This document shows, piece after piece, positions 45,525 through 58,950 of a stretch of DNA of 64,000 nucleotides; positions within the stretch are counted from its first letter, which is position 1, and every line of letters begins with the position of its first letter. Both the position numbers and the translations under genes were made by a program. The notes beneath the pieces are model-generated. The model was given only the letters and a program-made list of their open reading frames with translations, did not search any database and was not told where the DNA came from. Source of the DNA: Macrostomum lignano (Eukaryota); assembly GCA_002269645.1 (NCBI GenBank), contig NIVC01003963.1, positions 1 through 64,000 on the forward strand, in the 5' to 3' direction.

Positions 45525-46314
45525 ACAGCAACAACAACAACAGAATACGCAGTTAGCGTCACAGGGCGCGCTTCAAAGCCAGGTCGCGAATGAACGCCAC
45601 GCCGCCAGCCGAATCCGGGGCGCCGGCGTCAGCCAGTAGGCAGTCGACGAAACGCCGAGTGCGGGCCTGCCCCCGTCGGTAGGGTTCCTGCAGCGTTAGC
45701 AGCAGCACCTCCTGCACCGGCTCTGGGCAGTACGACTCGGCGCGGATGATGTGGCCTGCCAGCTGGAGTCGCCGACGGCGCAACAGGTCGCTTTGGACGG
45801 ACCAGGCCGGCGCGGTGATACAATAAAGCCGCGTTGGTGACTCGCTCGTAGCCGATCTTAAAGGCAGCGCGCAGCAGGCCAGCGTGCGCCGCGTCAACTT
45901 GCTGCTCGAGCGACTCCGTCAGCGTCCATGTATCGGCGTTGTACAGCAGGACGGTCTCGATCACCGCCTGGAACAAATGCCGCCCTCTGGCGGTCAGAAG
46001 GCCTCGGACTGCAGGACTGCCCTCACAGAACGAAAGGCAGCCCAGGCAAGCCCGCGGCGACGCCGCAGATCCTCACGGACGCCGGGAACCAGACCGCCGA
46101 GGTTAGACGAACTGCACTGACAACGCGGCCGGAAGCTCTGTCGCCTGTCTTATCAGCGCCTCGGCATAAAATTGCAGCCTCGATGTCGTCCGTCACGCAG
46201 AGCATGACGGTTTTCTGTGTGTTGACAACCAGGCCGCCACTCGCCGCAACAGCAACTAGCTTGTCCAGTTGTCGCTGGGCGCCCTCGACAGTTAGGACAG
46301 CAGATGTGTAGATG
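45525..46314 (-). mobile_element. 5'-truncated RTE-like LINE insertion
   Basis: GLVVNTQKT, ETVLLYNADTWTL and RRRRLQLAGHIIR..RRGQARTRRF motifs; (GTT)n tail; 13-bp TSD TACATGTACGTAA (45512-45524 / 46315-46327). Confidence 0.85.
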
Positions 46315-47266
46315 TACATGTACGTAAGCTTAAGCTCGACCGATCTGTGGCTAGACCTATGGGCCACTGGAAAATACTGTAAAAATAAGTTAAATTTTAG
46401 GCTAATTTGAAGGAGTGTATAGCAGGAGTGCTAAATATAGCTGCCAGCAGGTTCTCGATCTTTTAAAAGTGCATGGCGTTTGACTATATTGCAGCATATA
46501 ACGCATTAAAAATCAGTGAAATCCCTTAAACTGTAGACAATATGCTAGAATACAGCATTGTAAACATACAACACTCGGGGTAATACTTCTATGAATAATT
46601 TTTCGGGGATCAAGCTGTTGTTCAACCAAAGGACTAACGTAAAAGCCTCCTTGATAAATAAACCCAAAAAAAGAAAACTCTTATAAATATTTTTTAACTC
46701 TAAGCTTTTTAAAAATACTTAAGCGACACATACCAGCGAAAACCTAGTTGAAAAAGGCAGGAAGTAGCTAGTTTTGTTTTAGTTTCTAAAGTTCTTTGCA
46801 ACATTTTAAACCAATAAGTTAAATATCGCGGAATATTATATAATTACGAGAAATGAAAATTCCCCGTCATTAATATATATTAATTGTAAAATTTTTGACT
46901 AAGATTGAAAGAAATTCTGGACTGATAACTGTGTCTTGTCTGCACTGTGAATAAAATGAGGCTCGCTAATTGAAACTGCTCTTTTGCTATATTCTGGCGA
47001 GTTAATTTTGGTGTTACCAAAAGGCAAAAAGTCTAAAGTCAAAATCCCAAGCCATTAAACGTACAGTCCCGAATATTCCTTGTTGCAGTTATTACTTTTC
47101 TAGCTTTAATAAACTTGCTTTCGATAGCTCTGAAGCTTTATTCTATTTTTAGTACCCGCTGGCCGCTGGTGTATTTTTATAAGCCTATCATCCCTTAGAC
47201 TTAGAAATATCCTCTCAAAAGCAAAATCTTAAAAGTGAGCTTCGTTCAGTATTATCAAGTAAAATT

Positions 47267-50200
47267 ATGGCCACAGCTGGTGACTCACTTAAATGGCAAG
47301 ATCTTTTGGAGAAAGAGTTTGACAAAGCATTTGTTGATTTGGATGTATTACTTGGTGATGTAGATCCTGATCAATCAGATATAACTGAAGATGGACGGCA
47401 GCATTTAACAGCACTTAGTGGATCATTTGCTCAGTTGGCTCAGAAAGCACAGACTATATTTCATTATAATGCTAAGCTGGAGGTAAGTTTGGTAATTTAA
47501 GATCTTTTTATAATCTACAAATGCTATTATGATACTAGGCCTACTTAGCCTTATTGGAAATCTTTTAGTTTGCTATATTAAATTATTCTTGTTTTTCACA
47601 CAGAGATGGTCAGAACAAGTGGAATATGACTAGATGAATAGGGCCTAGCAGGCACATTATAAGTGTTAGGTTATTAGATAAGTGCTAGATTAGTTAATAT
47701 GCCTAATAATAAACCACCTAGTATAAGAAAAAAGTTTCTAAAAACCTTTCTTGGAAACAAGTGGCACCATAAATATTCACTGAGGTGGCTTTCAAAAATT
47801 ATACCTGAAGTGCAATGCAGGGCTCTGAACTTAGCCTTGATGTAGGCCCAAGACCTTTCAATGATATCAATGTAGATTGTTAAATCATTTTAGGGTTATT
47901 CAGGTTATTAGGACCTATTGATTTCTAGTTAAGTCAGCAAATTGGCTGAAAAGTTTGAAAGAAACTAAAAAAAATTCAATGCAATTCAATAATATAATAT
48001 TGTATTATTAATCAAATGTTGCTTAGCACATTAAAAGCCATGGCATTGGGAGCTAATAAAAGCCATAAGAAAGAGATTGAAGTTCTGCATAAGGTAAGGA
48101 AGCCTAGCAAGTGATGGAGGAAATGCTAAAGTGGAAGGCACATAAGCTGTCAATGGCTAGCTTGGAGGTTGCTATGACCCCTGTGAGCAAGCTGCCAAAA
48201 ATCCCAAAAGAATTGACAATTTTCTAGAGTGTTGTTTAGGGTTAGGACTAAACTAGCTTGTGTTTCTACTTTGTGACTCTGTTTTTTTATGAAAATACAA
48301 GACAGCCAAAACAAGAGACAGCCAAAAACTTTTTTCAATTAAAATTTGATGGAAAGGAAAATTGGCATTTGCTCTTCTTTGTGCTTTTGTCATTTTATAG
48401 CACATAGAAAGCAAAATATTCAACTAGTGGCTTTTTTATCTAGTTGAGCATACAATATACCTGCATATAAACTTCTAGAAACTGAGGTGCAAAAATTTTC
48501 AGCAGGCACCAAAAGTTGCGCTATGTGTTGCTCCAAGCACTGATTATAATAAACAAATAGTTCAAAAATTAATAGCCAAAGACAAAAGGAAAAAGAAAAA
48601 AACATTTTGCAAAAAGACTGAACCTAAGTTGCATAGCTAATATAATTTAAACATTCTATATATAACCACTATAATCAATAGACTTCTATAACTTTTGTAA
48701 GCCAAATGAGGTTCACAATAAAGCTCATTGTTATTTTATTTTTTTTGTAAACAATTTATTATTTAAATGCTTGCTAGGCTAGATCTAAGTCCCTAGGAAT
48801 TAATAGCTTATATTGGATATTAGTATAAACAAATAAAGCTAACTCTTGTGATATATACATAGTATCATTTGAATAAAATATTTCCCAAGTGGCTTTATTC
48901 CTTACTGGTACTTGTACTATATAATTTGTAAAATAGTAGATTTTATTAAGGTTTTTAAGGTTAGAATCATAGAACTACTTAGTATCTTAGGTCTAAATTC
49001 AAGGAAATACCAACAATTCTACCCAATTGTTTATACTAGACTTTTAAGCCTCTTTGATACATAAAGGTTGCAGAATTTTGGAGACTCCATGTTTATAAAG
49101 ACTACCTAAATTAGACATTTATAGAAAAATCCCAAGAATCCTAATAAACCAATAAATTCATTGATACTCTGAATAAAAATATGAATTTTATAAAATATGA
49201 AGCTTAACTTTTATCCAGCTTGGAACAACAAAGTGCCAATTTGGTATCTAGGGTCTAAATTTAGGATGCCAAAATTATTTTTTATGTGTCTTGACACATG
49301 CGATAGCACAAAAAATGCATAGTGATTGTGCATTGCTAGCAGCATTGAGGTCTCAGAGCTGCATACAAATGCCATCCAGTTTCGATATTTTTTATGGGTA
49401 AACAGTAGGAGTAAAATTCTTTTTAATGCCTCGCCAGCTAATTAGTTCAACCTTATCATTCACTCATTTCCCTAGGCCCAATTAGTAGCCCTAAAAGCAG
49501 ACCTAAGCGAGGCCACCTCAGCTAAGCAGGCACTTGAGCAGGAGTGCCAGAGTCTGCTTCTGCAGCTCCACTCTGCCCAGTTAGCTCAAGCGGCCACCAC
49601 TGCCGGCTCGTCCGCTCTCCACCCGGATGCCACAGCTGGGGCTCATAAATCTGGCGAAGAGATCCGCAAACAGCTGGCCACCGACTCGGAGAGAAGGCGT
49701 CAACAGGCTCAATCTGTGCACCTGGTGGCAGCCGAGCGGGATCTCCTAACCAAAGAGAATGCCGATCTCCGCCATTACTGTCTGGCACTACAGAGCGAAG
49801 TCTATGGAGCCCGACTGGCTGCCAAGTACTTGGACAAAGAGCTGGCTGGCAGGATTCAACAGATACAATTGCTCGGCCGCAAAATGGAAGGCCCGGAGCA
49901 CGACAAACTGTGGGCCCAGCTTGAGGCTGAAATTCATCTGCACAGGCACAAAACCGTGATCAGGGCTTGTCGGGGTCGGAGTCTTGGCAAGCTCACTAGG
50001 CCTAGCGGTGAGTGAACACCATGTTTTAGAATTTTGATGGTATAGATCCCTAATCCTTTGGTTTCAGGTGTGAATCACGGTTCCTCAGGTGTGAATCACG
50101 ATACCTTAGGTGTGAATCCCGATTTCTCAAGTGTGAATCCCGATTCCTGAAGTGTGAATCCCGATTCCTCAGGTGTGAATCCCAATTTCACAAAAGTGAA

Positions 50201-53200
50201 TCCCGATTCCTCAAGTGTGAATCTCGATTCCTCAGGTGTGAATCACGATACCTTAGGTGTGAATCCCGATTTCTTAAGTGTGAATCTCGATTCCTTAAGT
50301 GTGAATCCCTATTTCTTAAGTATGAATCCCGATTCCTCAGGTGTGAATCCCGATTCCTCAGGTGTGAATCCCGATTCCTCAGCTGTGAATCTCGATTCCT
50401 GAAGTGTGAATCCCGATTCCTGAAGTGTGAATCCCGATTCCTGAAGTGTGAATCCCGATTCCTGAAGTGTGAATCTCGATTCCTCAAGTGTGAATCCCGA
50501 TTCCTAAAGTGTGAATCAGGATTCCTGAGGTGTGAATCCCGATTCCTCATCGGTGATACCCGATTCCTGAAATGTGAATCAGGATTCCTGAGGTGTGAAT
50601 CTCGATTCCTTAGGTGTGAATCCCGATTCCTCATCGGTGATACCCGATTCCTAAAGTGTGAATCAGGATTCCTTAGGTGTGAATCCCGATTCTTCAGGGG
50701 TGATACCTGATTCCTCAACTGTAAATCCCAGCCATTAAAATCAATTTTCTAACCTTCGTGCATACTGTTAAAAATCCATTTGTTTATCCTTAATAAAACT
50801 CATTACTTTCAATCCAGTCTCCGGTTTATTATATCTCCAGGACATAAAAATGAAAATTGTCCGCCCTGGAGAGTCAGTATTTAAAAAATACCTGCTTGAG
50901 TGAACAGGCACGTTTCTGTTTTGCGCAGGTGTACTTCTGCCATCTTGTTGCTCCGTGTATAATTATTAAATCGAGCAGGTGGCTTCATTCGTCAATAAGA
51001 AGGAAAAAGCATTCGTGAAAAAACGCCATAGTCTTTATTGTCCAGCTTTTTGAGTAATTATATTCCTAATTGCTGTTCAAGGAGGCTCTGGGAGTTTTGA
51101 GTTGACAAAATATTTCTGTCGGTTCATACTGAACACGCAAACGTGCTAAACACGACAGAATTGCTTCTGGTTAAGTTTAAAATGCAAACTGCTTTACTGG
51201 TGCTAATAAGGCTAGTTTTATTTTAGTTGTTTCATGCTGTAAATGCCGCTCTGAAGAGGCCCTCCACTGCAGGACCATAAGAGGGGGCAGGGGCCCTCCA
51301 CTGCAGGACCATGAGAGGGGCAGCGGCCCTCCACTGCAGGACCATAAGCGGGGCAGCGGCCCTCCACTGCAGGACCATAAGAGGGGCAGCGGCCCTCACT
51401 GCAGGACCATAAGAGGGGCAGCGGCCCTCCACTGCAGGACCATAAGAGGGGCAGCGGCCCTCCACTGCAGGACCATAAGAGGGGGCAGCGGCCCTCTACT
51501 GCAGGACCATGAGAGGGGCAGCGGCCCTCCACTGCAGGACCATGAGAGGGGCAGCGGCCCTCTACTGCAGGACCATGAGAGGGGCAGCGGCCCTCCACTG
51601 CAGGACCATGAGAGGGGCAGCGGCCCTCCACTGCAGGACCATAAGAGGGGCAGCGGCCCTCACTGCAGGACCATAAGAGGGGCAGCGGCCCTCCACTGCA
51701 GGACCATAAGAGGGGCAGCGGCCCTCCACTGCAGGACCATAAGAGGGGCAGCGGCCCTCCACTGCAGGACCATGAGAGGGGCAGCGGCCCTCCACTGCAG
51801 GACCATGAGAGGGGCAGCGGCCCTCCACTGCAGGACCATAAGAGGGGCAGCGGCCCTCACTGCAGGACCATAAGAGGGGCAGCGGCCCTCCACTGCAGGA
51901 CCATGAGAGGGGCAGCGGCCCTCCACTGCAGGACCATAAGAGGGGGCAGCGGCCCTCCACTGCAGGACCATAAGAGGGGCAGCGGCCCTCCACTGCAGGA
52001 CCATAAGAGGGGGCAGCGGCCCTCCACTGCAGGACCATAAGAGGGGCAGCGGCCCTCCACTGCAGGACCATAAGAGGGGCAGCGGCCCTCCACTGCAGCG
52101 TCTTTTATTCCATCCCCGAGGCCTCTCACCCTCCGTTGCTCCCACAGGCCACGACTTCAACGCTCTCCGCCGTCAGCAAGGCGTCGGCGAGCTCCGACAC
52201 GTTGTAATCCGACGCGGCCCCACAGAAGGCCTGGGCATGTCGGTCACTGGCGGCAAAGAGCACGGAGTCCCTGTGCTTATCTCTGAGATACATCCGGGCC
52301 TTCCGGCCGCCCGAACCCAACGACTGTACGTTGGCGACGCCATCGTTGCCGTCAATGGCGTGTCGCTGCGCGACGTTCGCCACGCCGACGCTGTGAGGCT
52401 GCTTAGCCAGCAGGCTGGGCCGGAGGTCGCTCTGGACGTGGTCTTCGTTACGCCGGACGATGATAGCGACGAGGAGGCTGGGGAAGAGGGCAGCTTCACG
52501 GATCCAAGCACTGGCTATAGGTGAGGCTGCGGTCTATGTGCCTGTCCTTTTCATTCGTTTTTCTCTCACACTATAGTTTTTTAAGGGTTTTTCTACTCCT
52601 TTAGTGTGTTCACCTCAGGCAAGATATTGTAACTCTTGATATCTCCGATTGTCACTCCTCAGATCTCCTATTGTCACTCTTGAGATCTCTAATTGTCACT
52701 TCTCAGATCTCCGATTGTCACTCCCCAGATCTCTGATTGTCACTCTTAAGATCTCCGACTGTCACTTCTGAGATCTCCATTTGTCACTCCTGAGATGTCT
52801 ACTTGTCACTCCTGAGATATCCGTTTGTCACTCCTGAGATCTCTAATTGTCACTCCTGAGATATCCGTTTGTCACTCTTGAGATCTCTAATTGTCACTCC
52901 TGATATATCCGTTTGTCACTCCTGAGATATTCGTTTGTCACTCTTGAGATATCTAATTGTCACTCCTGAGATATTCGTTTTTCACTCTTGAGATCTCTAA
53001 TTGTCACTTCTCAGATCTCTGATTGTCACTCCTGAGATCTCCGATTGTCACCCTCGAGATCTCCGATTTTTACTCCTCAGATCTCTGATTGTCACTCTTA
53101 AGATCTCCGGTTGTCACTCCTGAGATGTCCGTTTGTCACTCTTGAGATCTCTAATTGTCACTCCTCAGATCTCCAATCGTCACTCCTGAAATCTCTGATT

Positions 53201-56200
53201 GTCACCCTTGAGATCTCCGATTGACACTCCTCAGATCTTCGTTTTGTCACTCTTAAGTCACTCCTGAGATCCTTAATTGTCACTCTTGAGACCTCCGATT
53301 GTCACCCCCGAGATCCCTGATTGTCACTCTTGAGATCTCTAATTGTCACTCCTGAGATCTCTAAGTGGCACTCTTAAGACACGATATTGTCACTCCTCGT
53401 ATCCCACTCTCCAGGTGTCACTCCTCAGATCCATTTTTCACTCCCTAGATAGCTTTTGTCACCCTTGAGACCTCCGACGTTGTCACTCCTCAGATCGCTC
53501 ATTGTCACACCGGCCAGCTACCACTGGCTGAATTGAAACGGCAAATCTCCAAACCCTTCAGATTTCGTCTTTACGACGAGAGAAAGTCGGCGCCACGGGA
53601 GCAACAGCAGCCGGGAGGAGCTGCCAGCAGTTCAGTAGTCACTCGCTTTACCAACAGTAACGGCAACAACGTCTCTAGCGGCGCCGCCAACTCAGCTGAG
53701 TCGCCCGACAGCGGCCGGCCGGCTGCTCACAAAGCTCGGTAATTTAAAAAAAATCTTTTCCTAGTACCAAATATTACTGTGAGTAGTGAAAAGTCTGAAT
53801 TTTTATGTAGCTTTAACTCAGTACCAAATACTACTATGAGTAGTGAAAAGTCTGAATTTTTTATGTAGCTTTAACTCAGTACCGAATACTACTATGAGTA
53901 GTGAAAAGTCTGAATTCTTTTATGTAGCTTTAACTCAGTACCGAATGCTACTATAAGTAGTGATGAGTCTGAATTTTTTATAGCTTTGACTCGGTACCGA
54001 ATACTACTATAAGTAGTGATGAGTCTGAATTTTTTATAGCTTTGACTCGGTACCGAATACTACTATAAGTAGTGAAAAGTCATGTTTTACATAGCTTTCA
54101 CTCAGTACCGAGTATTACTATAAGTAGTGAAAAGTCTGATTTTTATATAGCTTTGACTCAGTACCGACTGCTACTATAAGTAGTGAAAAGTCTGAATTTT
54201 TTATATAGCTTTCACTCAGTACCGAATACTACTATAAGTAGTGAAAAGTCTGATTTTTTATGTAGCTTTAACTCAGTACCGAATAGTACTATAAGTAGTA
54301 AAAAGTCTGATTTTTTATGTAGCTTTCACTCAGTACCGAATACTACTATAAGTAGTGAAAAGTCTGAATTTTTATGTAGCTTTCACTCAGTACCGAATCC
54401 TACTATAAGTAGTGATGAGTCTGAATTTTTTTATAGCTTTAACTCAGTACCGAATACTACTGTAAGTAGTGATGAGTCTGAATTTTTTATAGCTTTAACT
54501 CAGTACCGAATCCTACTATAAGTAGTGATGAGTCTGAATTTTTTATAGCTTTAACTCAGTACCGAATACTACTGTAAGTAGTGATGAGTCTGAATTTTTT
54601 ATAGCTTTAACTCAGTACCGAATACTACTATAAGTAGTGATGAGTCTGAATTTTTTATAGCTTTGACTCAGTACCGAATACTGCTATAAGTAGTAAAAAG
54701 TCTGATTTTTTATGTAGCTTTCACTCAGTACCGAATACTACTATGAGTAGTGAAAAGTCTGATTTTTTATGTAGCTTTAACTCAGTACCGAATACTGCTA
54801 TAAGTAGTAAAAAGTCTGATTTTTTATGTAGCTTTCACTCAGTACCGAATACTACTATGAGTAGTGAAAAGTCTGATTTTTATATACGTTTGACTCAGTA
54901 CCGACTGCTACTATAATGAGTAGTAGTAATGAGTCTGCATTTTTCAACAGAAGCATCTATATACCAAAAATTCAATCCTATTCATCTAACACATTCGACT
55001 ATTGTTTGAAAAGAGGAAAAATGTTTGTTTATTAGCTTGTAAAGTCTTGCATAAGATACGCATAGGAACTAAGCAATCAGAGTGCTTAGTTTGGATATAT
55101 GCATCTAATACAACAATCTTATTTTATTACTGTAGATGTTAAGAATCTAGCCCAAGTCTTGTCAGTAGTATCGTTGAAATATGAAATGTAAGAAATTAGT
55201 AAAGTTTTTTCTATACAAATTTGTCTACTATGAGTAGCTTGATAGCATCTGATTGGTTTAGGGTTTGACAATTTAAATTTCAATCATGAATATATTTAAT
55301 TGCCTATGTTTTCAATTAATCCATTTAGCGGTTGGTTTAGAACTGCTGCGCAATAATCTAACCAATAAAAAAGTTGAGTTCTGACCAAGCAGGCAAGTGG
55401 TGCTTTTGGGACGTGTTTTGGCAAGTTTTATTCCCTTGGTTGGCAGTGCAAATGATTCTGTTTTTATCTTTATTTACGAATTATGAACGGGATTGTGGAA
55501 ATGTTTTGGTATTAATTGAATTCTTGGCATGGTTCATCTGTTTTATATGTATTATAATTTCCTATAAGATTAGCTATTTCAGTGACAGCTTTTATTTTTG
55601 CACACATTGGACATGTTTTGCTTATCAGTTTGGTGGTTAAATCTGTTTTTATTGTTGAAGCGAAAACGAGACCCACAGAATAGAGTGACACACAATGGAG
55701 AGAATGACCCACAGAATGGAGAGTGACCCACGGAATGGAGAGAGACTCACAGAGTGAATGACCCACAATGAAAAAAGTGACCCAAGGAATTAAGAGAGAC
55801 CCACAGAATGGAGAGTGACCCACAGAATGGAGTGTGACCCACAGAGTGGAGAGTGACCCACAGATTGAAGAGAGACCCACAGAGTGGAGAGTGACCCACA
55901 GAGTGGAGAGTGACCCACAGAATGGAGAGTGACCCACAGAATGGAGAGTGACCCACAGAATGAGGAGCATGACCTACATGATGGAGAGTGACCCACAGAA
56001 TGGAGAGAGACCAACAGAATGAAGAGCGTGACCTACAGAAAAGAGAGTGACCCACAGAATGGAGTGAGTGACCCACCGAATGATGAGAGTGACCCACAAG
56101 AAATTAATGCACTACGTTATTATCATTAGCCTCAAAGCTGTCAGTCACTTCTATCCATAAATCGCAGGAGCGTCAACAGCGGCTGCGACAGTGGACAAGA

Positions 56201-56273
56201 TCAACAGAGCGACACAGTGGCACCAGAAAGCTCCTCAGTGACCCAGTTAAACAGTGGACAGTCTGTTTCTTAA
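47267..56273 (+). CDS. GOPC: Golgi-associated PDZ and coiled-coil motif protein (PIST/CAL), ~467 aa. Exons 47267..47482, 49476..50007, 52148..52520, 53562..53738, 56168..56273
   Basis: [61 protein letters not shown] and [27 protein letters not shown] closely match GOPC; all introns GT..AG in phase. Last exon less certain (alternative stop at 53742). Confidence 0.93.
50068..50720. repeat. 21-bp minisatellite GTGTGAATCCCGATTCCTCAG in GOPC intron 2
   Basis: Direct reading. Confidence 0.92.
51255..52098. repeat. 33-bp minisatellite GAGGGGCAGCGGCCCTCCACTGCAGGACCATAA in GOPC intron 2
   Basis: About 25 copies. Confidence 0.95.
52635..53510. repeat. 22-bp minisatellite TTGTCACTCCTGAGATCTC(T/C)(A/G)A in GOPC intron 3
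   Basis: Direct reading. Confidence 0.92.
53760..54925. repeat. ~57-58-bp minisatellite (gtaccgaatactactataagtagtgaaaagtctgaatttt...) in GOPC intron 4
   Basis: About 20 copies. Confidence 0.93.
55670..56098. repeat. 20-bp minisatellite GAGAGTGACCCACAGAATGG
   Basis: Direct reading. Confidence 0.9.
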
Positions 56274-56881
56274 ACTTGTTAGCAACAGTTTTTGTTTTTT
56301 AAGTTGTTAAAACTTTATTTTTGCGTTTTTTCGTTGTCAGTTCAGTCTCTGTCTGTTTGCTCCTGGAAGACTATCGGCACGCATCCAAGGGTTCTTTTGT
56401 TGTTGTTGATCCTCTGTTGCAGTCTCACTAACTCTAAAAGTTCCGTTTTGTAACTTATTAATATATTCTAATTTGTCTACTTAGCAGGGTGATTTTCAGT
56501 AGTCAGATGCGGTTTTGAAAGATAATTTAAACCGAAAAAAATTGCTCTTAAATTTCTGGAACGCCTGAAAAGTGCCATTTTTTAATAGTAACTAATAGTA
56601 CTTTAAACTAATGGATATAAACTGCTTTCATAATAATATAAGGCTCGAGTAGATGATAACTATTTTGAATATGCCTTAATTTGGATATCTTTGAATTCTA
56701 AGAGTTATTATATGCTGCATATAAATACTAATAAGTATGTCGGTAAATTCTTAGTTCTATATTACCAGATGTTTGTTTGTTTATTAATATTTATTGAAAA
56801 ATTACTACTTTATACGTGTACGCACTTTCTGCAAAGCATTCCGGTTTTATAATGTCTCTTTTTGTATAAATACTGTTTGAT

Positions 56882-57730
56882 CAGGGGTCGGGCCAACTTG
56901 CTTACTTCAAGGCCACATCAAATAGGAAAGGAGAGATGAGAGAGACGAGGGAGGAGAGGAGGTGAGAGGATAGATAAGATGAGATATAAAAGGACAGAAA
57001 GAGATGAGAGAGAGACAAAAGAGGTGACAGGATAGATGAAATGAGAGAAGAGATGCAAGTGAGACGAGAGGGGGGGGTGAGACGATAGATGAGATTAGAG
57101 ATGAAAGGAGAGTAGAGACGAGAGAGGAGGTGGGAGGATAGATGGGATTAGAGATGAAAGGAGAGAAGAGATTAGAGAGAGGTGAGAGGATAGATGAGAT
57201 TAGAGATGAAAGGAGAGAAGAGATTAGAGAGAGGTGAGAGGATAGATGAGATTAGAGATGAAAGGAGAGAAGAGATTAGAGAGAGGTGAGAGGATAGATG
57301 AGATTAGAGATAAAAAGAGAGAAGAGACGAGAGAGGAGGTGAGAGTATAGATGAGATTAGAGTTGAAAGGAGAGAAGTTGATGAGAGAGACGAGAGAGGT
57401 GAGAGGATAGATGGGATTGGAGATGAAAGGAGAGACAAGATGAGAGAGAGACCAGAGAGGTGAGAGGATAGATGAGATTAGAGATGAAAGGAGAGTAGAG
57501 ACGAGATAGGAGGTGGGAGTATAGATGAGATTAGAGTTGAAAGGAGAGAAGTTGATGAGAGACGAGAGAGGAGGAAGGGAGAGGTTAGATGAGATTAGAG
57601 ATGAGAAAGAGGATAAGAGAAGAGAGCAGAGGAGAGACAACCCTTAAGCGGGCCGGATTGCTATTGTGAAGTTTCAAAGGACCCGAGGGCCGGATAAAGA
57701 AGCTTTGGGGCCGGAGTTGGCCGACCCCTG
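56882..57730. mobile_element. Charlie/hAT-like MITE, long copy with AG-rich interior
   Basis: TIRs caggggtcgggccaac / gttggccgacccctg; ~700 bp purine-rich interior; flanks do not give a clean TSD. Confidence 0.65.
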
Positions 57731-58134
57731 ATCTGTATGAGATAAGTTTCGCTTGCTAAGTCTGATGGATTAAAGAAACTAAATCTTTTCCCGTTGGTCA
57801 TTTTCTTTTCTTATCTGGCCTGCCTTCTGTCTTTGACAGAGCGCAGTCATCTGTAACTCTATCTGAAGTACAATTATATTAAAGCAACTCTGAAGTTTCC
57901 TCATATTTGGTATTTAAGTACAAGTGTGTAGCTTTATTCATTGGTTGTTTCCGAATCTTACTAACTCCCTTTTATAAGCTGCTTGTATTGTCTCATAAAA
58001 ATTGGTTTTGAGGTCTGGTTTCAATTTTTGTTTAATTTGTTTATTCATGTTGGCAAAGTAAATTTGTTAAGAACACCGAGAAATATTGCCACAATATTTA
58101 TTTATCCAAGTCCGTGCTTGTCTGCACTTGTTTT

Positions 58135-58950
58135 AGTGATTTTGCTGGGCCATTGATTAGCTCTGCCTAAACTACATAGCCTCCAATATCTTCAGTTGCT
58201 GGGCCAGCCTCCCAGAGTGTCTGTTGCTGGGCCAGCCTCCCAGATCCTCAGTTGCTGGGCCATTGACTAGCTCTGCCTAAACAACATAGCCTCCAAGATC
58301 TTTAGTTGTTGGGCCATTGATTAGCTCTGCCTAAACAACATAGCCTCCAAGATCTTTAGTTGTTGGGCCATTGATTAGCTCTGCCTAAACAACATAGCCT
58401 CCAAGATCTTCAGTTGCTGGGCCACCAGCCTCCCAGATCCTCAGTTGCTGGGCCACCAGCCTCCCAGATTCTCAGTTGCTGGGCCAGCCTCCCAGATCCT
58501 CAGTTGCTGGGCCACCAGCCTCCCAGATTCTCAGTTGCTGGGCCACCAGCCTCCCAGATCCTCAGTTGCTGGGCCACCAGCCTCCCAGATTCTCAGTTGC
58601 TGGGCCAGCCTCCCAGATCCTCAGTTGCTGGGCCACCAGCCTCCCAGATCCTCAGTTGCTGGGCCAGCCTCCCAGATTCTCAGTTGCTGGGCCAGCCTCC
58701 CAGATCCTCAGTTGCTGGGCCAGCCTCCCAGATCCTCAGTTGCTGGGCCAGCCTCCCAGATCCTCAGTTGCTGGGCCACCAGCCTCTCAGATCCCCAGTT
58801 GCTGGGTCAACAGCCTCCCAGATTCTCAGTTGCTGGGCCACCAGCCTCTCCAGCCTCTCCAGCCTCACCACCCAGTTGCTGGGTCAACAGCCTCCCAGAT
58901 TCTCAGTTGCTGGGCCAGTCTCCCAGATCCTCAGTTGCTTAGCCAACCTC
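58135..58950. repeat. 28/31-bp minisatellite TTGCTGGGCC(ACC)AGCCTCCCAGATCCTCAG upstream of HSF, with longer variant units at the left end
   Basis: Direct reading. Confidence 0.92.
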
